52,421 nt of DNA from Candidatus Iainarchaeum sp. (GTDB lineage: Archaea > Iainarchaeota > Iainarchaeia > Iainarchaeales > Iainarchaeaceae): positions 1 to 52,421 of the forward strand of contig JBDRLP010000001.1 in the NCBI GenBank assembly GCA_043812975.1, in the 5' to 3' direction. A program made the translations under genes and the position numbers. This document shows, piece by piece, positions 43,056 to 50,852 of this stretch (position 1 is the stretch's first letter; each line of letters begins with the position of its first letter). Below the pieces are notes generated by a model that saw only the letters and a program-made list of their open reading frames with translations, had not been told where the DNA came from and did not search any database.

Positions 43056-44135
43056 ATGGTTCTAGAAGGATTTGCAGGAGGGACTTATTTTGGCTCCAGT
43101 GTTATCCAATACGCTATGTTTGCAGGTATAGTATTAGGAGCTACAATTCTGACTAAAATCCTTTATTTTTTTATTAAAAAGTACGGTACTATTTTAACAT
43201 CCAAAACCAAGAACGAATTTGATGACCTTATTATTGAGGCTATTGACAAGCCAATGACGTTTATTGGTTTTATTATTGGTTTGGGTGTTGGTTATCAGTT
43301 CTTAACTCCTGATGCTCCTTTTATTGTTGATAATTTTTCCAAGGCAATAGAAGCCCTATTAATCCTTGATTTAATCTGGCTTGCTTTGAAACTGATTGAT
43401 GGTTTTATTGCACATATAGTAATTCCGCTTTCATCAAAAACAGAATCAAAGTTAGATGATCAGTTAATCCCGATTTTAAAGAAAATCGCAAAAGCATCAG
43501 TTGTCTTAATGGGCGGAGTAATAATTCTTTCAAATTTCGGCATAGATGTTCTGCCATTAATCGCTGGTTTAGGTATTGGTGGATTAGCTGTTGCTTTTGC
43601 TGCTCAGAAAACAGTGGAAGATATGTTCGGCGGGATAAGCATTTTTACTTCAAAACATTTCGTTGTTGGAGACGCGGTAAAAATTGGTTCTGTTGAGGGA
43701 ACTGTTGAAGCAGTCGGAATCAGAAACACAAGAATCACCGATTGGGACGGAAGAGCAAACATAATGCCTAACTCTAAAGTTGTTGGAGATAACGTCCTGA
43801 ACATTTCTTCAGAACCAACAAAAAGAGTTTCAATGACTTTAGGATTAACTTATGGTACTTCTTATGCAAAAATGCAGGAAGCAATGAAAATCCTGAAAGA
43901 TATTGTGAACAAGCACAAGGACTGTGAAAAAGACCCAAGAGCAATTTTCAAAGAATATGCTGATTCTTCTCTGAATCTATGGTTTGTTTATTTCATAAAA
44001 AACAAGGACAGAAAATTTGATGTTATAAGCGAAATAAACATGGAAATCAAAAAGCAGTTTGAGAAAGCAGGGCTGAACTTCGCATTCCCATCACAATCAG
44101 TGTATGTTGAAACAATGCCTAAAGTAAAAAAATAA
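43056..44135 (+). CDS. mscS: Small-conductance mechanosensitive channel MscS family
   Basis: GLGIGGLAVAFAAQKTVEDMFGG, VGDAVKIG, VEAVGIRNTRI, FAFPSQSV. Confidence 0.94.
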   Translation: MVLEGFAGGTYFGSSVIQYAMFAGIVLGATILTKILYFFIKKYGTILTSKTKNEFDDLIIEAIDKPMTFIGFIIGLGVGYQFLTPDAPFIVDNFSKAIEALLILDLIWLALKLIDGFIAHIVIPLSSKTESKLDDQLIPILKKIAKASVVLMGGVIILSNFGIDVLPLIAGLGIGGLAVAFAAQKTVEDMFGGISIFTSKHFVVGDAVKIGSVEGTVEAVGIRNTRITDWDGRANIMPNSKVVGDNVLNISSEPTKRVSMTLGLTYGTSYAKMQEAMKILKDIVNKHKDCEKDPRAIFKEYADSSLNLWFVYFIKNKDRKFDVISEINMEIKKQFEKAGLNFAFPSQSVYVETMPKVKK

Positions 44136-44151
44136 TAGTAAAAACTTTAAT

Positions 44152-44182
44152 TACTCAAATTTGGTATGCAACCCATTTTTAA
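44152..44182 (+). promoter_or_regulatory. Candidate operator plus TATA for the riboflavin operon
   Basis: Near-palindrome TACTCAAATTTGGTA (44152-44166) just upstream of TTTTTAAG, about 25 nt before ATG 44205. Confidence 0.45.
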
Positions 44183-44204
44183 GTAATTCTCATAAAATTC
44201 TTGT

Positions 44205-44852
44205 ATGAAGGAAGAAAACTTTGCCTTAGCTTTATTGCTCGCGAAAAAAACGGATTTATTCAATACTGCGTTTGTTTCTACTTCTTCTCTTGCAGAACTA
44301 ACTGGGTTTTCACAGCAATCAATTTCCAGAAAACTAAGAGAACTTGAAAATGCTGGGCTGATAGAAAGGAAGGTTTCCAATTCAGGCATAGAAGTTTCAT
44401 TCACTGAAAAAGGAAGAAAAGAATTAGAATCATTTTACTTGGAACTTAAAGAACTTTTTTCAAAAAAAAGTAATTCACTAAAAGGAAAAATAGTACAAGG
44501 AATCGGAGAAGGGTCTTATTACACTTCGCTTCCGCAGTACAAAAAAAAGTTTAAGGAACTTTTTGGTTTTGAACCATTTCCCGGAACACTTAACCTCATG
44601 GTTGATATTGAAAAAAAGAAATCTTTCTTTTCAGGAAAACCAAAAATAATTGCAGAATTCAAAACCAAATCAAGAAGCTTTGGAGGCATTGATTGTTGGC
44701 CATGTAAACTTAACAAAAAAGCAGAAGCAATAATAGTTCTTCCTCACAGAACAAATCACCCAGAAACTATTGTGGAATTAGTTGCACCTTATAATTTAAG
44801 AAAAAAACTAAACCTGAAAGACGGTTCAACAGTAGAGGTGAGCTTAGAATGA
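44205..44852 (+). CDS. ribK: HTH plus CTP-dependent riboflavin kinase (RbkR-like)
   Basis: N-terminal wHTH SQQSISRKLRELE; GIGEGSYY, FEPFPGTLN, PHRTNH, VELVAP. Confidence 0.93.
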   Translation: MKEENFALALLLAKKTDLFNTAFVSTSSLAELTGFSQQSISRKLRELENAGLIERKVSNSGIEVSFTEKGRKELESFYLELKELFSKKSNSLKGKIVQGIGEGSYYTSLPQYKKKFKELFGFEPFPGTLNLMVDIEKKKSFFSGKPKIIAEFKTKSRSFGGIDCWPCKLNKKAEAIIVLPHRTNHPETIVELVAPYNLRKKLNLKDGSTVEVSLE

Positions 44853-45343
44853 CTAGTGAAATAATGAAAACCAAAATAGCAGTTGTAGATACAATGTTCG
44901 CGCGTGGTGACCTGGGAAAAATAGCTATTGAAATAATGGAAAAAAATGCAAAAGAAAACAATTGGGAAATTGAAATAATGAGAAAAACAGCCCCCGGAGT
45001 GAAAGATATTCCTGTTGCATTGTTACAGTTGCTTGAACAAGGTTGTCAGGCAGGAATTGTTCTTGGAATGCCTGGTTCTGCTAAAGTTGACAAGACCTGT
45101 GCACATGAAGCCTCGCTAGGAATTCAGGAAGTACAGTTAATGACTCGTAAAACAGTGCTTGAAGTTTTTGTGCATGAAGATGAAGGTAAAGATGATGCTG
45201 AACTTGCAGAGGTAATGCATAATCGAGCTTCCAAACATGCATTGAACTTGTTGTGGATGATTTTCAAGCCGGAAGAACTTGAAAAACGTGCTGGTTCTGG
45301 TGAAAGGCAAGGCAGAGAAAACGCTAAATCAGTGGGGCTGTAA
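44849..45343 (+). CDS. ribC: Archaeal riboflavin synthase
   Basis: IAVVDTMFAR, TAPGVKDIPVA, LGMPG, VFVHEDE. Confidence 0.94.
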   Translation: MTSEIMKTKIAVVDTMFARGDLGKIAIEIMEKNAKENNWEIEIMRKTAPGVKDIPVALLQLLEQGCQAGIVLGMPGSAKVDKTCAHEASLGIQEVQLMTRKTVLEVFVHEDEGKDDAELAEVMHNRASKHALNLLWMIFKPEELEKRAGSGERQGRENAKSVGL

Positions 45344-45350
45344 AAACCCC

Positions 45351-45404
45351 TTTTTCTTTCTCTTTGAAAGAGAAAGAAAAATCGGTACCAAAAAGAAAGA
45401 GAAC
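45351..45404 (+). repeat. AT-rich palindrome plus tail, second repeat family, copy 2
   Basis: TTTTTCTTTCTCTTT-G-AAAGAGAAAGAAAAA perfect 15-bp inverted repeat, then ACCAAAAAGAAAGAGAAC. Confidence 0.7.
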
Positions 45405-45438
45405 AAAAAAAGAAAAAAGAGAATGAGGAGTTGTAAAA

Positions 45439-45831
45439 ATGAACATTGGAATTGTAGTAGCTGACTTTCATAAAGAGCTTTCAGAAGAAATGTTAAATCA
45501 TGCGAAAAGAACTGCTAAAGAAAATAATTTAAATATAGTTGAGATTGTGAAAGTTACTGGTGCTTATGATGTTCCTTTGCCTTTACAAAGAATGCTTGCA
45601 AATCCAGCCATTAACGGAGCAGTGGTTTTAGGGGCTGTTGTTCAGGGCGAAACAAGTCATGATGAAGTAGTTGCCTTTACTTCTGCTGAAAAAATAACAG
45701 AACTTTCTTTGAAATATGATAAACCTGTTGGATATGGTATTTCAGGCCCAAGAATGACCCTAGAACAGGCCAATGCCAGAGCCCAAGAATTTTCTGTAAG
45801 AGCAGTTGAGGCAGTTGCAAGAGTTCTTTGA
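45439..45831 (+). CDS. ribH: 6,7-dimethyl-8-ribityllumazine synthase
   Basis: IGIVVADFH, VTGAYDVP, LGAVVQGETSH, KPVGYGI. Confidence 0.95.
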   Translation: MNIGIVVADFHKELSEEMLNHAKRTAKENNLNIVEIVKVTGAYDVPLPLQRMLANPAINGAVVLGAVVQGETSHDEVVAFTSAEKITELSLKYDKPVGYGISGPRMTLEQANARAQEFSVRAVEAVARVL

Positions 45832-45837
45832 TGTCTT

Positions 45838-46473
45838 ATGAATCCGAATAAATTAATTTCTGAAATTACTTTGCTGAAAAATAATTCTATTGGTGAAAAA
45901 GTTAATTCCCGTTATTCTGAGTTTCAGGAATTTAAAAACAAAAGTGAAGAAGATTGGTTTTCTGAATTGTGCTTTTGTCTTCTTACTGCTAATACCAGTG
46001 CTGAGATGGGAATCAGAATTCAGAATGCTTTGGGTTTTGATGGTTTTTACAACTTGCCTGAAAAAAAGTTAGTGCAAAAATTGAAAGAACTGAAGTATCG
46101 TTTTTACAATAGAAGGGCCGGGTTTATTTGTGAGGCAAGAAAATATTTTGGGATTAAGGAAAAATTAAATGAATTTGAAAATGATCGTTTTGCCAGAGAA
46201 TATTTAGCTGAAAATATTAAAGGTTTTGGTTTCAAAGAAGCATCTCATTTTTTAAGAAATACAGGGAGCACTAATGTAGCAATTTTGGATAAGCACGTCA
46301 TTAATGTTTTGGATGAAAATTCCATTATATCAGAAAAACCAAAAATCATGAATAAAAAAAATTATTTAAAAATAGAAAACAAATTAGATTCTTTTGCAAA
46401 AAAAGTTAATCTGAACCATTCAAAACTGGATTTGTATTTGTGGTATATGAAAACAGGTAAAGTATTGAAGTAA
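45838..46473 (+). CDS. ogg: 8-oxoguanine DNA glycosylase/AP lyase (Ogg2 type)
   Basis: ELCFCLLTAN, IKGFGFKEASHFLRN, AILDKHV, LDLYLWY. Confidence 0.94.
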   Translation: MNPNKLISEITLLKNNSIGEKVNSRYSEFQEFKNKSEEDWFSELCFCLLTANTSAEMGIRIQNALGFDGFYNLPEKKLVQKLKELKYRFYNRRAGFICEARKYFGIKEKLNEFENDRFAREYLAENIKGFGFKEASHFLRNTGSTNVAILDKHVINVLDENSIISEKPKIMNKKNYLKIENKLDSFAKKVNLNHSKLDLYLWYMKTGKVLK

Positions 46474-46480
46474 TTGAGAT

Positions 46481-46711
46481 TTATTGACACCCAATTCCTG
46501 CTACACATGAATTAGTTTTTGAGTTCCAGTAACAATTTATTGGTTCAAAGTGATATTCAGCATTATAAGAATTTTCTGAACAAGTATTGATATTAAATTG
46601 AGAGCAATACTCATATGCATCTTCAACACCGCAACCATCAGGAGTTACACTTTTTTCTATACATCCACTAATTATTATTGTTAAAAAAATTATGAGAATC
46701 ATTAATTTCAT
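46481..46711 (-). CDS. Small Cys-rich lipoprotein-like secreted protein (76 aa)
   Basis: Hydrophobic leader ending ISGC (lipobox-like); six further Cys. Confidence 0.7.
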   Translation of the reverse strand: MKLMILIIFLTIIISGCIEKSVTPDGCGVEDAYEYCSQFNINTCSENSYNAEYHFEPINCYWNSKTNSCVAGIGCQ

Positions 46712-46761
46712 ATTTTATAATTAGTTTTAACTATTATTAATTAGTTTGTTTTTTGTTAGTT

Positions 46762-47493
46762 TTATTTTCCCTTTAATCTTCTTGATTCTATAAAGTATTC
46801 CCATGCGTTGTTAAAATCTTTTTCCTGAACTTCAGGCCAGTATTTAGGAATATGATAATACTCTGAGTAAGTGCTCTGCCATAAAAGAAAACCGCTTTTT
46901 GCCTCCCTTCGTGCTTCTTCTTCTCCTGTTCTTATCACAAAATCACATTCGTTTTTCACACCTAAGTGTTTTGAAATATCTTTCTCATTCAAACCGAATA
47001 AAAGATTCTTCACTCTGTTCATTGGACTGCTTACTGATTTTAGAATTTCTGACTGTCCAGTATAACCAATTAATATGTTCAGCATTTTGTTTCCGTAATA
47101 TTTTGTTTCACTTTTCAGTTCTTTACATACAGCTATAATGTTTCTTGGAACGTTTTCTGTACTGGTTGAAATAAGATTAACATTCACTTTATTGTCGTGT
47201 ATTGCTTTGGATCCTATTAATTCAGATAGTCCTTTGTAATATATTTCATATAAATTTGAGAGTTCTTTTGGGTTTCTTTTGAAGTTTTCTTCGCTTAAAC
47301 CATAAACGCTTATTTCGTTTATTGCTGGGTTTTTGATTGCCCAATTGACAAACAATTCCATTGATTTAGCTCCCTTTTTGTGCCCCTTGCTTGGGAGTAA
47401 ACCATTTTTATTTGCCCATCGCCTGTTGCCGTCAGGAATAACCCCGACATGATAACCAGAACTTTGCATGTTTATATTAGTGAATATAACCAT
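46762..47493 (-). CDS. uppS: cis-prenyltransferase (UppS family); start 47493 or 47469
   Basis: HVGVIPDGNRRWA, LSEENFKR, DFVIRTG, SGFLLWQSTYSE. Confidence 0.92.
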   Translation of the reverse strand: MVIFTNINMQSSGYHVGVIPDGNRRWANKNGLLPSKGHKKGAKSMELFVNWAIKNPAINEISVYGLSEENFKRNPKELSNLYEIYYKGLSELIGSKAIHDNKVNVNLISTSTENVPRNIIAVCKELKSETKYYGNKMLNILIGYTGQSEILKSVSSPMNRVKNLLFGLNEKDISKHLGVKNECDFVIRTGEEEARREAKSGFLLWQSTYSEYYHIPKYWPEVQEKDFNNAWEYFIESRRLKGK

Positions 47494-47504
47494 TAAAAAG
47501 AAAA

Positions 47505-48674
47505 CTACCAACCATAGGATTTGGCTTGAGAGTATGCCAATGCTTTCATTGCAGGTATAAAATTTTTGGTTAGAATATTGGGTTTTTTCAGTATTATTTT
47601 TAGTCCGAATTTGATTTTTGCGATTGAATCAAATTCATCAAAGTTCCTTGGGAATTCTTTTGCGATAATATTAAGTTCCTCATCAGTAAAACCATAAATT
47701 GCTTTTTTTCCTTTCACGAGTTTTTCATAAGCAGGAAATTCATTTTTCCACCTGCTCTGGTAATTTGAAAACATTTCTTTTGAAAAATCATTTTTATCAA
47801 CAGCTTCCTTTGCAACTTTAGCAGCCATCTGACCGCTTTTCAAACCTAAGTGAGAACCTCCTTCAAACAATGGGCTTGTGAAACCCGCGGCATCTCCTAT
47901 TAACATTAATCCTTCGCTGTAAGTATTTTTTACAGGCCCTGAAGCAGGAATCAAACCACCAAAAGTTTTTATCTTAACTTTTTTATCCCACTTCATTATC
48001 TTAACAAATTCTTCATTGTATTCTCTTGCTTTGTTTCTTTCAGTTGTAACCAAACCTACATTAGCTCGTGTTCTGCTTTTTGGAATCATCCAAAGATAAC
48101 CTTCAGGCGCTAACTTTGGCCAGAGGTAAAAATCTAAATAACCATCTCTCGGAATATCTTTCAGTTCATACTGTATCCCAATAACAGATTCAAACCTTTC
48201 ATTTAATTTTAGCAACCTTGATGTTACTGAAGCAACTCCGGAGGCATCAATAACAATTTTTGAACTAATGTTTCCTTTGCTGGTTTGCAGTTCCCACAAA
48301 TTATTTTTTCTTTCCATGTTTTGAAGTTTTGTTCCGAGTTTTATTTCTGCTCCTTTATTTTTTGCTTCTTCACTTAACCATTGTTCAAACTTTTCCTTTT
48401 CAAGGACATACCCTTCTTCGTTAAAAACAGAATTTGTTCCATCAGGAAAAATAATCCTTACTCCTTTTACGTGTTCAGATATAACACTTTCAGGAAGTTT
48501 AATTCCTATATTTTCTACCGCGTATTTACTCAGGCATTCCCCGCAATGTACTGGTTCACCTATAACTTCATGTTCTTCAATTACAAGAGTTTTCAGTTTG
48601 TTCCTTGCGCAGTGTATTGCTGCTGATCCTCCTGCAGGACCCGCCCCAATAATCACAATATCATAAATACTCAT
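47505..48674 (-). CDS. Geranylgeranyl reductase family flavoprotein
   Basis: IGAGPAGG, PVHCGECLS, YLWMIPK, LIGDAAGFTSPLFEGG. Confidence 0.92.
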   Translation of the reverse strand: MSIYDIVIIGAGPAGGSAAIHCARNKLKTLVIEEHEVIGEPVHCGECLSKYAVENIGIKLPESVISEHVKGVRIIFPDGTNSVFNEEGYVLEKEKFEQWLSEEAKNKGAEIKLGTKLQNMERKNNLWELQTSKGNISSKIVIDASGVASVTSRLLKLNERFESVIGIQYELKDIPRDGYLDFYLWPKLAPEGYLWMIPKSRTRANVGLVTTERNKAREYNEEFVKIMKWDKKVKIKTFGGLIPASGPVKNTYSEGLMLIGDAAGFTSPLFEGGSHLGLKSGQMAAKVAKEAVDKNDFSKEMFSNYQSRWKNEFPAYEKLVKGKKAIYGFTDEELNIIAKEFPRNFDEFDSIAKIKFGLKIILKKPNILTKNFIPAMKALAYSQAKSYGW

Positions 48675-48783
48675 GTTTTTCACTCTAATAAGGTAGAAAT
48701 TAATACTTATAAATCATAGTGGGGGTTAATCGGCGTTCTATAAGTTTTAAAATCTTGAAAGATGATAAAGTATAAGTGTTAAT

Positions 48784-49677
48784 ATGGAATTACCAAAAGT
48801 AAGCCCCAAAGTAAAGGCAATTAAAGCAAAATTGGCTTCTGCAAAACTACTCGGGATAGTTGTAAAAAACTCTTTACAATTCAAACTCAGAAGAAAAGCT
48901 CTACGACGTTTTAAAGCAACAGAATTTGACACTATTGTTGTCGATATGGATGGTACGCTTTACAAGAGCGATGCAAACCTGGAAGCCTTGAAAGTTGTTT
49001 ATCCTGAATCTGAAAATGGGTTAGTAAAAGGCGAGGAACTTTACGATTCTATTCTTTCAAAAATAGCTTCCGGAACGTATAGTGTTGAACAAGCTATTGT
49101 TGAGGGAAATAAACTTTTGATGAAAAAAAACATGAAAAAGAAGGATTTTTCAAAAGTACTTGATAAAATAAAGTCCGGGATAAGAAAACCTTTGGTGAGG
49201 TCTCTTAAGAAAATGAAAAAATCAGGAAAAACAATTGTGTTAGCAACACTTTCATCAAAAGAATTCGGCGAACTTCTGAATTCTTATCTGAAAAAAGAAT
49301 TTGATTTTTCTTTTGATTTAATTGTAGGCACACAACTTAAGTATGATGTTCAGGGAAAAATTATCGGAGTTAAAAGCATGGTAAGTACAAAAGACACAGT
49401 ATACAAAAAAATCTATGTTAAATCAAAACTCTCAGCTATTCGTGCTGCTCTAGAAGAACAAGGAAAAGAACTGAATTTAAAAAAATCAATCCTTATTACT
49501 GACAGTTATTCTGATATTGACCTTGCAAAAATGTTTGTAACTGTTTTAATACAACCAACAAGATCAACCACTCCGCAAAAAGTTTCCCAAAGATTAAAAT
49601 TAGCTGATTATATTTTCCCTGAAAAATATTTGCAGACTAATTTAGAATCACTTATTCTAGGTCCAGAAATAGAGTAA
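48784..49677 (+). CDS. HAD superfamily hydrolase (SerB-like) with basic N-terminal extension
   Basis: Motif I DMDGT; LATLSS; KLSA; ITDSYSD. Confidence 0.82.
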   Translation: MELPKVSPKVKAIKAKLASAKLLGIVVKNSLQFKLRRKALRRFKATEFDTIVVDMDGTLYKSDANLEALKVVYPESENGLVKGEELYDSILSKIASGTYSVEQAIVEGNKLLMKKNMKKKDFSKVLDKIKSGIRKPLVRSLKKMKKSGKTIVLATLSSKEFGELLNSYLKKEFDFSFDLIVGTQLKYDVQGKIIGVKSMVSTKDTVYKKIYVKSKLSAIRAALEEQGKELNLKKSILITDSYSDIDLAKMFVTVLIQPTRSTTPQKVSQRLKLADYIFPEKYLQTNLESLILGPEIE

Positions 49678-49679
49678 CT

Positions 49680-49856
49680 AAAATTCAATTTTTTCCAGTT
49701 CTACACCGGCTTCTTTCAGCACCACAGTTGCCCCCTTCGGGGATCCCTGTGGGACGGCTGTGGGGTGCGCGTACCATCTTCGTCACGCCTAGTAGGCGGG
49801 ACTCGATGCTACTCAAAATTCAATTTTTTCCAGTTCTACACCGGCTTCTTTCAGCA
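49680..49856 (+). repeat. Palindromic element (49722-49814) flanked by a perfect 42-bp duplication of the dCMP deaminase 3' end
   Basis: AAAATTCAATTTTTTCCAGTTCTACACCGGCTTCTTTCAGCA at 49680-49721 and 49815-49856; core matches 19308-19375. Confidence 0.93.
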
Positions 49857-50814
49857 TTTTAAGTGCGGTTTCTCCAAGAGGATATTCTGCATTGTAAATA
49901 ACTTTTTTGATTCCGGAATTTATAATCATTTTACTGCAGGTTAAGCACGGACTGAAAGTAGTGTAAATAATTGAACCATTAATCGAAGTTCCGTGATAAG
50001 CTGACTGTACTATTGCATTTTCTTCAGCATGGCTGCACAAACATTCATCTAGTTTTGTTCCTCCTTTTGAAAAGGAATTACACCTAGCACAGCCTCCTTC
50101 ATTACAATTTTTTACTCCTCTTGGAGTTCCATTATACCCTGTGGAAATTATTCTCTTATCCTTAACAATAACCGCTGCAACTTTTCTTTTTACACAGTTG
50201 CTTCTCATTGCTACTTCTTTTGCAATGTTCATGAAGTATTCATTCCATGTAGGTCTTTTGAAATCCATCGGTGTTTGTAATAGCAGCGTATCCACTTTTT
50301 CAAACAATTCAGCCATAGATTCGTTATTTTCGATGGCATGTTCTGCCATTTCTGCACACTTGTTCAGTTGTTGTGCACTTTTGTTATCTGAGCCGGACTC
50401 TTTTTCCTCAAGAGCCTTAAATTCTTCCAATGTTTTAGGGTCACCTTCTCTTTTTCTTTCAAGAATCCTTTCAAATCTTTTTTCTTCAGGAGCCACAATA
50501 TTCCACAAATGGAAAGTTCCTAACTCTTGAAAAGCCTTAATTTCATCAGGATTCCTAAGGGAGTCAATAACATAATTCTTGTCTCTTTCAAGGTTATCAA
50601 TAAGAATTTTTGAAAGCACGGCATTGCCCTGTTTTTCTCTTAGTTCATTACCTTTAGCTATCATGTTTTCCCGTGTTTCAGGGATTCCTTCCTTTTTCAG
50701 CACTTCTCTAAGAACATCGGATAATGATTTGTAGTAGAAGCTTTTGCTCTTTAAGTAATCACAAACAGTGCTTTTTCCCGAACAGTATTTTCCAGTCAGA
50801 CCAATTAGAATCAT
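49813..50814 (-). CDS. P-loop nucleoside monophosphate / dephospho-CoA kinase-like domain fused to dCMP deaminase
   Basis: IGLTGKYCSGKST and DSLRNPDE; then RPTWNEYFM, STGYNGTP, HAEENA, PCLTC. Start 50814 with GGGG SD (track start 50856). Confidence 0.9.
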   Translation of the reverse strand: MILIGLTGKYCSGKSTVCDYLKSKSFYYKSLSDVLREVLKKEGIPETRENMIAKGNELREKQGNAVLSKILIDNLERDKNYVIDSLRNPDEIKAFQELGTFHLWNIVAPEEKRFERILERKREGDPKTLEEFKALEEKESGSDNKSAQQLNKCAEMAEHAIENNESMAELFEKVDTLLLQTPMDFKRPTWNEYFMNIAKEVAMRSNCVKRKVAAVIVKDKRIISTGYNGTPRGVKNCNEGGCARCNSFSKGGTKLDECLCSHAEENAIVQSAYHGTSINGSIIYTTFSPCLTCSKMIINSGIKKVIYNAEYPLGETALKMLKEAGVELEKIEF

Positions 50815-50852
50815 TTTTAACCCCAAGAATGAGTGTTTGGAAGGTTTTATAT

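Noticed and set aside
45344-45438. Bridge mini-ORF at ribC/ribH
   Set aside because: The ATG-equivalent position reads ACC and that frame stops at 45424; no coupled ORF.
6441-49814. Elements as ordinary intrinsic terminators or tRNA/sRNA fragments
   Set aside because: They lack T-tracts on the mRNA strand, eight lie inside coding sequence, and there are no tRNA D/T loop or C/D box signatures.
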